A DNA stretch of 50,510 nucleotides from a bacterium (lineage in GTDB: Bacteria > Patescibacteriota > Patescibacteriia > UBA1558 > GWA2-36-10): NCBI GenBank assembly GCA_018653315.1, contig JABIAL010000035.1, positions 1-50,510 on the forward strand, read 5' to 3'. Shown piece by piece: positions 38,543-47,288 of this stretch (positions are counted from its first letter, which is position 1; each line of letters starts with the position of its first letter). Both the position numbers and the translations under genes were made by a program. The notes under the pieces were generated by a model. That model had not been told where the DNA came from. It saw only the letters and a program-made list of their open reading frames with translations, and made no database searches.

Positions 38543-40279
38543 ATGGATCAAACATCAACAAAACAGACTTTAACTATCGGTGGTGAAGATACTCAAAAAA
38601 AACTACAAACTAAATTAACTTCACTAGAAAATAAAAAAATTGAAGCCGAGACAGAAGCTCGAGCCAAACAAATCGGAGTAATATATATTGACTTGGGTGA
38701 TTTTCCTATTTCTCAATCAGCTATTAAAATACTACCTCAAGAAAGAGCCGAAGCATTACAAATTATTTGTTTTGTTTATACTGGTGAAGAAATGAGGTTA
38801 GCTTCTACTAACCCAGACAATCCTCAAATACGAACAATGGTAACCGAACTAGCTGATAAATATCATGCTAGTGTAAAACTTTATCTTGTTTCTCAATTAA
38901 GTCTGGACAAAGCTTTAGCAATTTATGACAAAATACCTAAAATCGAACATATAGAAGGTGTACAAATTACCGAAGCTGATCTAGAAAAATTTAGTGCCAA
39001 ATTAAAAGGGCTTAATTCTCTAAATGAACTAATAAAAGAAGTGAATCTGACTGAAATGCTAAATTTAATTATTGCTGCTGGACTAAACTTTAAAGCCTCG
39101 GATATTCACTTAGAAGCTGAAGAAAAATCTATCAAAGCTCGTTTGCGTATTGATGGTGTCTTACAAGAAGCTGCCGAAATGCCAGTTAATACTTGGCATA
39201 AAATAGCTTCTCGTATCAAATTACTCTCTGGCCTAAAATTAAATGTTGTCGATAAACCACAAGATGGACGCTTTACGATTAGTCTTGAAAAAGATAAGGT
39301 GGATGTTAGGGTTTCCACTATTCCTTCTGCCTATGGAGAAAGTATTGTTATGCGTTTACTGAAATCAACTAGCATTGGTTTAAAATTTGAACAACTTGGG
39401 TTAAGAGGTAAATCATTTAATGACTTAAATAGTGAAATCGAAAAACCAAATGGCATGATCATTACCACTGGTCCAACTGGATCTGGTAAAACTACTACTT
39501 TATATGCCATCTTAAATAAACTAAACTCACCTGACACAAAAATTATTACCTTGGAAGACCCGATAGAATATAAGCTAAAAGGCATTGTCCAAAGTCAAAT
39601 AGAAAACAAACAAGATAGCGAAATCGCTGATGCACAAGGAATGGTTAAACAAACGAATCGTTATACTTTTGCTAAAGGCTTAAGGGCAATTCTACGTCAA
39701 GATCCTGACATAGTAATGGTTGGAGAAATTAGAGATCTAGAAACAGCCGATACTGCCATTAATGCCGCTCTAACTGGCCATTTAATGCTCTCTACCCTGC
39801 ATACAAACTCTGCCGCTGGCGCTATTCCACGTTTCTTAGCTATGGGCGTTAAACCATTTTTACTTGCTCCATCATTGAATAGCATTATTGGACAAAGACT
39901 AGTAAGAAAACTATGCCCTGACTGTCGAGTAGAAGCTAAAGTGGACAACCAAAGAATGACCGAAGTAATGAATGCTTTAAATTCTATTAGTCCAAAATCC
40001 GGTACCAAATTAGACGATTTATCTAATCTTAAATTCTTTACCGCTAAAGGTTGTGATAAGTGTAACAATCTAGGCTATAGAGGCCGTGTGGGTGTTTATG
40101 AAGTTTTGGTGATGAGTCCAGAAATTGAAAAAATGATTTTATCAGGAGCTGTTTCTGAATATGATATTCAACAAAAAGCGATTGAAGATGGCATGGTTAC
40201 CATGTTGCAAGATGGCTTACTCAAAGCCAAAGACGGGGCTACTTCACTGGATGAAATATTTGAGAAAACTAATAGTTAA
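38543..40279 (+). CDS. pilB: Type IV pilus assembly ATPase (PilB/GspE family)
   Basis: ASDIHLE, PQDGRF, TGPTGSGKTTTLY, LEDPIEY, LRQDPD..MVGEIRD, TGH..STLHTN, CPDC...CDKC. Confidence 0.9.
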   Translation: MDQTSTKQTLTIGGEDTQKKLQTKLTSLENKKIEAETEARAKQIGVIYIDLGDFPISQSAIKILPQERAEALQIICFVYTGEEMRLASTNPDNPQIRTMVTELADKYHASVKLYLVSQLSLDKALAIYDKIPKIEHIEGVQITEADLEKFSAKLKGLNSLNELIKEVNLTEMLNLIIAAGLNFKASDIHLEAEEKSIKARLRIDGVLQEAAEMPVNTWHKIASRIKLLSGLKLNVVDKPQDGRFTISLEKDKVDVRVSTIPSAYGESIVMRLLKSTSIGLKFEQLGLRGKSFNDLNSEIEKPNGMIITTGPTGSGKTTTLYAILNKLNSPDTKIITLEDPIEYKLKGIVQSQIENKQDSEIADAQGMVKQTNRYTFAKGLRAILRQDPDIVMVGEIRDLETADTAINAALTGHLMLSTLHTNSAAGAIPRFLAMGVKPFLLAPSLNSIIGQRLVRKLCPDCRVEAKVDNQRMTEVMNALNSISPKSGTKLDDLSNLKFFTAKGCDKCNNLGYRGRVGVYEVLVMSPEIEKMILSGAVSEYDIQQKAIEDGMVTMLQDGLLKAKDGATSLDEIFEKTNS

Positions 40280-40285
40280 ACAATC

Positions 40286-40318
40286 AAAAAACTACCTCCT
40301 AAGTGGAGGTAGTTTTTT
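40286..40318. terminator. Bidirectional terminator between pilB and valS
   Basis: aaaaaactacctcc/ggaggtagtttttt. Confidence 0.9.
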
Positions 40319-40331
40319 AATACTATGAAAT

Positions 40332-42905
40332 TTATTGATTAGCTAATTTATTTTTTGCCTCGGCTAATCTTTTTTTATTATCTTTAATTACTTCTTTTGG
40401 TGCATTGCTAACAAAAGATTTATTTTTTACTTTTGCTTCCATCGATTTAATATATTTTTCTAAAACCTGTTTTTCTTTATCTGTCATAGCCTTGGTGGCA
40501 TTAATTTCACCTTGACTATGCGCTGTAGCAAATTTTGTACCATTAATAGCCTCCGCTTGTAGGGTTACTCGACCTAATTGAGCGACAACTTGTAAATCAT
40601 CCCGAGACAAAACCTGGCTAGTTAAATAACAATCAACGAAATCAGTAGGCGCAATCTTATTCTCCGCTTTAATATTTCTAATTTGAGTAACTAGATCTTG
40701 TAAATCAGCAAAATTGTCTAAAACTTTATTATCTACTTTTTTAGCTTGTGGCCAATCAGCTACCATTAGAAAACCACCTGTTTTAAATTCTTTCCAAATT
40801 ACTTCAGTCACAAATGGAGTAAATGGATGCCATAAAACTAATAATCTTTCTAAAATATAAAGTAAAATTTGATCCTTGCTACCCTGAGCATGTCGAGGGG
40901 TTTCAAGCTTTGCAATTTCTAAATACCAGTCAGCTAATTTTGCCCAAGTAAACTCATATAATTTCTCCCCTGCTGATGAAAATTTATATTTCTCTAAATC
41001 ACTAGTCACCTCTACTGCCAGTTTATTAAACTCAGCTAATATCCATTTATCAGTCAGAGTAATTGGTTTCGGCTCTGTCTTGATTTGTTTAATCTCATTC
41101 ACTTGTCCAAAAATAAAACGAGAAATATTCCAAAGTTTATTGACGAAATTACGATAACCAGCAATTTTATCTTCATACAAACGCATATCAGCTCCGGGAG
41201 CTGCGCCAATAACTAATGATAAACGCAAAGCGTCCGTACCAAATTTATCTATCATATCCAAAGGATCAATACCGTTGCCCTTTGACTTGGACATTTTCTT
41301 GCCGTCCTGATCACGAATCATGCCATGTAGATAAACAGTTTTAAATGGTCTAGAATCTTTTTCTTTGGCTAATAAATATTCTGACATCAAAATCATCCGT
41401 GCTACCCAAAAAAATAAAATATCATATCCAGTTTCCATCACCTGATTTGGGTGGAAGTTTTTAAAATCTTTTGTTTTGTCTGGCCAGCCTAAAGTAGAAA
41501 AGGTCCACAAAGAGGATGAAAACCAAGTATCTAAAGTATCCAGATCTTGAGTTATTTTTTTACCCTTAGCTAGTTTTTGTGCCTCTACCTCTGTACGAGC
41601 TACTATTACTTCATTATTTTCTGTATACCAAACCGGAATTCGATGTCCCCACCAAATCTGACGAGAAATACACCAGTCGTGTAAATTTTCCATCCAATGA
41701 TAGTAAGTTTTTTCAAATCTTTTTGGTACAATTTCTATATCGCCAGATCTGACAACTTCTAGTGACAACTCTTTCAAGGTTTTTTTACGACCTGGAAGCT
41801 TTTTGTCTACTGCCACAAACCATTGCTCAGAAGTAAGAGGTTCAATCGGAGTATCGCAACGATAACATATTGATAAGTTATTTTGATAATCCTCTATCTT
41901 TTCTATTTGCTTAGATTTCTGCAAATCTGCTACAAATTTTTCTCGGGCAACTAAAACATTTAGTCCGGCATATTTGCCACCGGATTCTAATAATTTACCA
42001 TCTTCATTGATGAGCTTGATAACTTCTAACTTATGTTTTTGAGCAAACTCAAAATCTACCACACTATGCGCTGGCGTTCCCCCAACTACACCAGAACCAA
42101 ATTCTGGATCAACTTCTTTGTCTGTAAAAACTTTTACTTTTATTTTATGTCCAGCTAAATCTATTTCTAAATCTTTTCCTACATATTTTTGATAACGCTG
42201 ATCGTCTGGATGCACAGCAACTCCTGTATCAGCTAATTTTGTCTCTGGACGAGTTGTAGCTACAGTGAATGGACCATATTTAATATAATATAACCTTGCT
42301 TGTTGCTCTTTATATTCAACTTCATCATCGGCCAAGGTAGAACCACAACGAGGACACCAATTTACAATCCGATTACCACGGTAAATCAAACCATCGTTAT
42401 ACATTTTAATAAAAGCCTCGTTTACAGCTACTGATAATTCATTAGAAAGAGTATAGGCCTCTCTGGACCAATCACAACTAGCTCCCATTTTTCTAGTTTG
42501 CTTACGAATGGTGTCTTGTGAGCCAGCTACAAACTCTTGTACTTTATCCAAAAATTTATCTCGGCCCAAAGCACGTCTATCTGTGCCTTCTTCCGCTAAT
42601 ATTTTTTCTACTTTAGTTTGCGTAGCAATAGCGGCATGATCTGTACCGGGTAACCATAAAGTTTTTTTGCCTTGTAGACGCTGATAACGAATTATTAAAT
42701 CTTCATAAGCTAAGGCTGCCGCATGACCCAAATGTAAAACACCAGTAGCATTTGGCGGTGGCATAGAAATAGTGAATTCTGGTCCAGTGCTCTTTAAATT
42801 ATCTGGATTAAATAAACCAGACTGTTCCCAGTCTTGATAAATTTGATCTTCATAATTACCAGCCTCATAAGCTTTTGGCATGTCTATTTTATTTTCTTTT
42901 TTCAT
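40332..42905 (-). CDS. valS: Valine--tRNA ligase (start revised to MKKENK)
   Basis: PPPNATGVLHLGH, GTDHAAIATQ, DWCISRQIWWGH, DTWFSS, KMSKS; the longer ORF start falls inside the T-box. Confidence 0.97.
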   Translation of the reverse strand: MKKENKIDMPKAYEAGNYEDQIYQDWEQSGLFNPDNLKSTGPEFTISMPPPNATGVLHLGHAAALAYEDLIIRYQRLQGKKTLWLPGTDHAAIATQTKVEKILAEEGTDRRALGRDKFLDKVQEFVAGSQDTIRKQTRKMGASCDWSREAYTLSNELSVAVNEAFIKMYNDGLIYRGNRIVNWCPRCGSTLADDEVEYKEQQARLYYIKYGPFTVATTRPETKLADTGVAVHPDDQRYQKYVGKDLEIDLAGHKIKVKVFTDKEVDPEFGSGVVGGTPAHSVVDFEFAQKHKLEVIKLINEDGKLLESGGKYAGLNVLVAREKFVADLQKSKQIEKIEDYQNNLSICYRCDTPIEPLTSEQWFVAVDKKLPGRKKTLKELSLEVVRSGDIEIVPKRFEKTYYHWMENLHDWCISRQIWWGHRIPVWYTENNEVIVARTEVEAQKLAKGKKITQDLDTLDTWFSSSLWTFSTLGWPDKTKDFKNFHPNQVMETGYDILFFWVARMILMSEYLLAKEKDSRPFKTVYLHGMIRDQDGKKMSKSKGNGIDPLDMIDKFGTDALRLSLVIGAAPGADMRLYEDKIAGYRNFVNKLWNISRFIFGQVNEIKQIKTEPKPITLTDKWILAEFNKLAVEVTSDLEKYKFSSAGEKLYEFTWAKLADWYLEIAKLETPRHAQGSKDQILLYILERLLVLWHPFTPFVTEVIWKEFKTGGFLMVADWPQAKKVDNKVLDNFADLQDLVTQIRNIKAENKIAPTDFVDCYLTSQVLSRDDLQVVAQLGRVTLQAEAINGTKFATAHSQGEINATKAMTDKEKQVLEKYIKSMEAKVKNKSFVSNAPKEVIKDNKKRLAEAKNKLANQ
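40882..40899. repeat. Short REP-like element in frame in valS
   Basis: ccctgagcatgtcgaggg (18 nt, within TPRHAQG), sharing CCTGAGC...CGAnGG ends with the murI element. Confidence 0.6.
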
Positions 42906-42919
42906 AAAAAAGTTTTTTA

Positions 42920-43105
42920 AAAATAAAAACGCAAAAATAATTGCGCTTAAGGGCCAAGTATAACTTGACGGTACCACCTTAATTTCTCTTAAATAAGAGA
43001 TACTTAATTTTAACGCTATAACGGGCGCACCCCGACTGAATCTACTTTCATTGATTGATTTCTTTCAGCAACTTTCCAAGTGACATTAATCTTGGATCGA
43101 ATGTT
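42920..43105 (-). ncRNA. T-box riboswitch (Val) upstream of valS
   Basis: Minus strand AATTAAGGTGGTACCG T-box with GCCCTT partner; GCCCGTTA stem IIA/B motif; CTGAA-AGAA...AGTA-GA-TTCAG stem II; short hairpin with GTC in the loop; downstream cgcaa/ttgcg plus U tract. Confidence 0.85.
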
Positions 43106-43162
43106 TTTATATTTACTTATTCATACTATAAAAGTAATCTATTTTAACAATTTAGTCAATAT

Positions 43163-43197
43163 AAAAACCACCGTTCGTTGCCTACTAGGTGGTCAAG
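43163..43197 (-). terminator. Terminator of orphan gene
   Basis: Minus strand accacc...ggtggttttt. Confidence 0.65.
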
Positions 43198-43200
43198 TGA

Positions 43201-43587
43201 TCAATCCTTGTCATCAAAACTTAGTTGCCAGTCAATATTTGGCCGAGAAAATACTCGCCGTAATTGCTGTTGAGAAACAGTGCTCATGCACCAACTAGTT
43301 GGCTGTTTTTTATCTCGACGACTAACTATAGCAGCTCCATTACCATCATATTCCAATGATAACTTACCAGTACAAGTAATACGTGGAAAATTATTACTAC
43401 CATCCAATTCTCGTGTCTGAAAACAAGAGCCACTTGCTGGACACGTAGTGTTTCGACATAGTGACTTGATCTGCTGTTTGTTCAATGAGCTTTTTGTCTT
43501 AATCGAGCTAACAACTACCTTTCGATTCGTTGGTTTTCTTGTGACTACCTTCTTCTTTACTACTTTCTTTCCCTGTCCTGCTGCCAT
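43201..43587 (-). CDS. Orphan basic protein with Cys cluster
   Basis: AGGAG SD; K-rich N-terminus; CRNTTCPASGSC...C; own promoter and terminator. Confidence 0.65.
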   Translation of the reverse strand: MAAGQGKKVVKKKVVTRKPTNRKVVVSSIKTKSSLNKQQIKSLCRNTTCPASGSCFQTRELDGSNNFPRITCTGKLSLEYDGNGAAIVSRRDKKQPTSWCMSTVSQQQLRRVFSRPNIDWQLSFDDKD

Positions 43588-43614
43588 GACTTTCTCCTGG
43601 TTGCTGTGATTAAA

Positions 43615-43684
43615 AAACTGATCCCCATGATCAGTTAAACGAACTATAATAATAGATAATACACAAAAATAACACTTTTGTCAA
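43615..43684 (-). promoter_or_regulatory. Promoter, boxA-like motif and hairpin
   Basis: TTGACA-17-TATTAT (43684-43656); GTTCGTTTAAC 43644-43634 running into the aactgatc/gatcagtt hairpin. Confidence 0.72.
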
Positions 43685-43693
43685 CCTTGTAGC

Positions 43694-44134
43694 TTAACCC
43701 ACGAGCTTACTAGAAATAACAATCTTTCTCTTATCTTGACCTAAGAACTCCATTTTAACATTAATAAGATTATTTTTTGGTAAATTATCTAATTTATCAG
43801 CCCATTCTATTACTACTAGAGTCTGCGGATCATCTAAAAAATCTTGCAAACCAATGTCTGCTAAATCTTCTGAAGCATCTAAACGATAACAATCAACATG
43901 AATTAATTGTTTAATCTGTTTATAATTAACCGGGTAGCTTTTCATCAAAACAAAAGTGGGACTAGTAATTGTTTCTGAAATCCCTAATCCTACAGCCAAA
44001 GCTTTGACGAAAACTGTCTTACCAGCCCCTAAGTTTCCAGACAAAGCAATCAATTGACCAGACTCTAAACTTGTAGCTAAATCATTGGCTACTTTATTGG
44101 TTTCTTTTATATTGTTAGTTACAAATTCTTGCAT
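43694..44134 (-). CDS. tsaE: t6A biosynthesis ATPase TsaE
   Basis: LSGNLGAGKT, SPTF, HVDCYRL, IEWA. Confidence 0.96.
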   Translation of the reverse strand: MQEFVTNNIKETNKVANDLATSLESGQLIALSGNLGAGKTVFVKALAVGLGISETITSPTFVLMKSYPVNYKQIKQLIHVDCYRLDASEDLADIGLQDFLDDPQTLVVIEWADKLDNLPKNNLINVKMEFLGQDKRKIVISSKLVG

Positions 44135-44137
44135 ATT

Positions 44138-45175
44138 TTATTTTTTAAATAACTGCCAATTAGACTGTGGTGCTACTGATAATAAATCTTTGCCGGATAT
44201 AATATTTTTTTTGTTCAAAATATTATAGTAAGCAGCGACAGAAATCATCGCTGCATTGTCTCCGCTATATTTTAGCTCAGGAAAGAAAAATGGTAAATCT
44301 TTTATTCTGGCTTCTTGTTGCAATGATTCTTTAAGTTGATTATTTGCTGCTACTCCGCCGGCTAGCATTATAGATTTTACACCAAACTCCTGAGCGGCCT
44401 TCATAGTTTTGTTTACCAAAATATCTACTACGGCATTTTGGAAGCTAGCGCAAACATTATCTACATCTTCAGTATTTATTTTTTTCTTTCTCTCTAACGT
44501 ATAAAGCACAGCGGTTTTTAATCCAGAGAAAGAAAAATTATAATCACCAGAATTAATCATTGGTCGTGGTAAATCATAAATACTACAGTCACCATCATTG
44601 GCTCGTTGACTGACAATTGGTCCACCAGGATAACCAAGGTCTAAAAGTTTTGCTACTTTATCAAAAGCTTCACCAACTGCATCATCGACTGTTGATCCTA
44701 ATAATTGATAATCTCCGTGACCTTTCATTAAAACCAATTCCGTGTGACCACCAGAAACTATCAAAACTAAAGATGGAAAATATTTATTTGCATTTTTTAC
44801 TAGCTCATCATTAGATAACCAATTTGAATAAATATGCCCTTCCATGTGATTGACTGTAACTAGTGGAGTATTTTTAGCATAAGCTAAAGTTTTTGCAGCG
44901 GTCACTCCCAATAATAAAGAAGTGATAAGTCCCGGACCAGTTGTAACTGCTAAATAATCTACTTTCTCTTCTGATTTAATATTAGCACTCAATAATGGAA
45001 TAATAGTTTCAGCGTGTTGACGAGCGGCTACTTCTGGAACCACACCGCCAAATTGCTGGTGAATATCTACTTGAGAATAAACTTGATCTTTTTCTAAAAC
45101 CAAAGAATCTGCCTGAGCATTTAAAATAGTCAAAGCAGTTTCGTCACATGATGATTCTAAAGCTAGAATTCGCAT
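44138..45175 (-). CDS. tsaD: tRNA N6-adenosine threonylcarbamoyltransferase (start revised to MRILALESS)
   Basis: LESSCDET, GGVVPEVAAR.H, GPGL, VNHMEGH, VSGGHT, DDAVGEAFDK, SFSGLKT, GGVAAN, DNAAMI. Confidence 0.97.
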   Translation of the reverse strand: MRILALESSCDETALTILNAQADSLVLEKDQVYSQVDIHQQFGGVVPEVAARQHAETIIPLLSANIKSEEKVDYLAVTTGPGLITSLLLGVTAAKTLAYAKNTPLVTVNHMEGHIYSNWLSNDELVKNANKYFPSLVLIVSGGHTELVLMKGHGDYQLLGSTVDDAVGEAFDKVAKLLDLGYPGGPIVSQRANDGDCSIYDLPRPMINSGDYNFSFSGLKTAVLYTLERKKKINTEDVDNVCASFQNAVVDILVNKTMKAAQEFGVKSIMLAGGVAANNQLKESLQQEARIKDLPFFFPELKYSGDNAAMISVAAYYNILNKKNIISGKDLLSVAPQSNWQLFKK

Positions 45176-45263
45176 AAAGATATTATAGCATAATATATAA
45201 TAAGATAATGTAATATAGAGAAAAATAGTAACTAAGTCAATGAACAGAGTAAAAAGAGTGCTA

Positions 45264-45325
45264 TTGACAAAATATACTAAATGTGCTATTATTATATATT
45301 CGCACATAAACAATAAAAAGAGGAA
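45264..45325 (+). promoter_or_regulatory. Promoter and SD of a two-gene orphan unit
   Basis: TTGACA-17-TATTAT with TGn (45264-45292); weak motif variant GCACATAAACAA; SD AGAGGA. Confidence 0.7.
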
Positions 45326-45331
45326 AAAATC

Positions 45332-45652
45332 ATGGTGACAACAATGAACAATGAATCTCAAGTGTCAGAAATTACTCGTTTCGTATTGATAGCTATTGGC
45401 CTGTTCCTCTTGGGAACTGCACCCTTACCTATACTATGCCATTTCATGCCCTACCATAACGTGACGATTGGTATAGCGGCTATCAGTATACTCGGCGCCA
45501 TAGTGGCAACCACCACTATAACGCACAACTACAACGAGCATGGTCATCGCATCATCACTGGCAAGGAGATTGATTGGAAAACACAAGTCTTTGGCTGGGG
45601 ATCAGTTCTTGGCTTAGCACTTTCTGTAATAATTTTCTGGATTATTTTGTAG
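45332..45652 (+). CDS. Orphan small membrane protein (about 3 TM)
   Basis: Three hydrophobic segments, SD present, GC higher than flanking genes. Confidence 0.65.
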   Translation: MVTTMNNESQVSEITRFVLIAIGLFLLGTAPLPILCHFMPYHNVTIGIAAISILGAIVATTTITHNYNEHGHRIITGKEIDWKTQVFGWGSVLGLALSVIIFWIIL

Positions 45653-45677
45653 ATAACACACAACAATGGAGGAAATC

Positions 45678-46250
45678 GTGAAGAACTTGAAACAACTTTT
45701 TCTGCTACTCATCACTCTGCTGATCATCAGTAACATTGCCAATGCACAATATGCCGGTATCGAAATGTACCCCAAGGGAGACATCTTCCTCTATGCTGGT
45801 AAAGATATAGTACCTGACCGCATCAAGGTGGATCTCTGGGCTACACCGAATTCCGAAATTGCCTTCTCAGTCGGTCCGAAAGTCGGCCCCTTTGCATTCG
45901 GCCTTGGTCTTAGTATGGGTGTGCCGAAAGATAAAGTCGATTTGACCTACATCAATGCTGATCTGGGATTCGGATTTGACTTGGGAGCCGTCCACTGGCA
46001 GAGCTACAACCTCTACCAAGCCGGACAAAACGTCGATGACTTCATTTTGGCCAGACAGTGGCTGAGCTACAACGACTCTCCGCTAGGCATCGTCGGACAT
46101 AACATCAAATGTGGTGCTGATGACTGGCAACTTAATTGGGGCATCTACTACGATTTTGGGGAAATCAGTCTGCTGAGCGAAAGCAAATTCGGAATCACTG
46201 CTGACCTCAACGGAGGCACTCCTTGGGCGGTTCTCGTTCTCGGACTCTAA
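45678..46250 (+). CDS. Secreted beta-strand-rich protein, outer-membrane beta-barrel-like (start revised to GTG)
   Basis: GGAGG SD before GTG 45678; signal peptide ending ANA-Q; alternating hydrophobic/Gly strands; terminal strand WAVLVLGL; line 45961-46020 counted at 32/60 GC. Confidence 0.6.
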   Translation: MKNLKQLFLLLITLLIISNIANAQYAGIEMYPKGDIFLYAGKDIVPDRIKVDLWATPNSEIAFSVGPKVGPFAFGLGLSMGVPKDKVDLTYINADLGFGFDLGAVHWQSYNLYQAGQNVDDFILARQWLSYNDSPLGIVGHNIKCGADDWQLNWGIYYDFGEISLLSESKFGITADLNGGTPWAVLVLGL

Positions 46251-46271
46251 CACCTCGCAACAATCATAATG

Positions 46272-46307
46272 GCCCGTACTCTTGAGGAAAGTACGGGTTT
46301 TTCTTTT
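46272..46307 (+). terminator. Terminator of the orphan unit
   Basis: gcccgtact/agtacgggt followed by ttttctttt. Confidence 0.8.
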
Positions 46308-46324
46308 GCTTAATTTCACAAACA

Positions 46325-46353
46325 AAAATCCTGAGACTAGCTCAGGATTTTTT
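46325..46353 (-). terminator. Terminator overlapping the CYTH stop codon
   Basis: aaaatcctgag-actag-ctcaggatttt. Confidence 0.78.
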
Positions 46354-46926
46354 AATAAAAGGATTTTTCATTTCAAATGTCAGCAATGGCGTCTGATCAT
46401 TAAAGACTTCAATGCTTATATTATATTTATCGGCATAGAAAAAATCTACTGAACCAAATTTCGCCTGAGTATAATCAAAATTTAATTTTTTTGTTACTCT
46501 TTTAATAATCTCTTCTGAAACAGCTTCTACTTCGACAAATGGTTCTAAAAATGGCCATTCATCAATAGTAATTTCAGCATCATCTAAATGCCAAAGCTCC
46601 CGCTTAGTTTCTTGATAAGCTCTTTCTTGGCAACCAAGTAAATTTAAAATTTCTCGAGCCCTATCAAAATTATCTACTTCAATCATTACTTCTTTTTGAT
46701 CCTCTAGCTTACGCCCATCGACAATTTTGATGCTCATGGTAATTTTATCACCCTCATCTCTAACGCGTATCCAAGAGCCGTAAATCTCGTAACCCTTAGG
46801 AAAGTGCCAGACCCAACGACGTTGCAAAAACTCTGGCTTCACTAATTTAGCGCCAGCTGATTTTAATCGTTGACGAACTTCATCTTTATCTATATTAAGA
46901 TAGCTAGCTTCATATTCTATATCCAT
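46342..46926 (-). CDS. CYTH-domain protein (class IV adenylate cyclase/triphosphatase-like; start revised to MDIEYE)
   Basis: IEYEA (ExE), WIRVR, ETKRELW, ITIDEWP, FVEVE. Confidence 0.85.
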   Translation of the reverse strand: MDIEYEASYLNIDKDEVRQRLKSAGAKLVKPEFLQRRWVWHFPKGYEIYGSWIRVRDEGDKITMSIKIVDGRKLEDQKEVMIEVDNFDRAREILNLLGCQERAYQETKRELWHLDDAEITIDEWPFLEPFVEVEAVSEEIIKRVTKKLNFDYTQAKFGSVDFFYADKYNISIEVFNDQTPLLTFEMKNPFIKKS

Positions 46927-46961
46927 AAAAATATTATAACACATCAATAATACATAGCAAC

Positions 46962-46995
46962 AAAAAACTACCCCGAATAAACGAGGTAGTTTTTA
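46962..46995 (-). terminator. Terminator after csp
   Basis: aaaaaactacc...ggtagttttt. Confidence 0.75.
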
Positions 46996-47015
46996 TTTGA
47001 TTTCAAAAAAATCGA

Positions 47016-47213
47016 TTAAGCTTTGTTAACTTTAACAGCAGCTTGACCTTTAGGAGTGTCTTCTACTTCGAAAGTAACATTGTCACCTTCACGAAGCTCT
47101 TCGAAGTCACAACCTTCTAGGCTAGAAGCGTGGAAAAATAAATCATTTTCAACGCCATCTTGACTAATAAAACCAAAGTTTTTGTCAGTCAATTTTTTAA
47201 TCATTCCTTGCAT
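47016..47213 (-). CDS. Cold-shock domain protein
   Basis: KNFGFI (RNP1), DLFFHAS (RNP2), L.EG..V.FEV....KG..A..V. Confidence 0.95.
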   Translation of the reverse strand: MQGMIKKLTDKNFGFISQDGVENDLFFHASSLEGCDFEELREGDNVTFEVEDTPKGQAAVKVNKA

Positions 47214-47288
47214 AAATGTAGAAATAAAATCTAATTAATATATATAGTACTTTCGAAATTCGACTTTATTTCTATACTTACTATACTA

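Noticed and set aside
42906-42977. 24-aa N-terminal extension of ValS
   Set aside because: It lies within the T-box antiterminator/terminator region; the protein plausibly starts at MKKENK.
45176-45361. 62-aa N-terminal extension of TsaD
   Set aside because: It spans a divergent promoter region; TsaD homology begins at MRILALESS, just after an extended -10 box.
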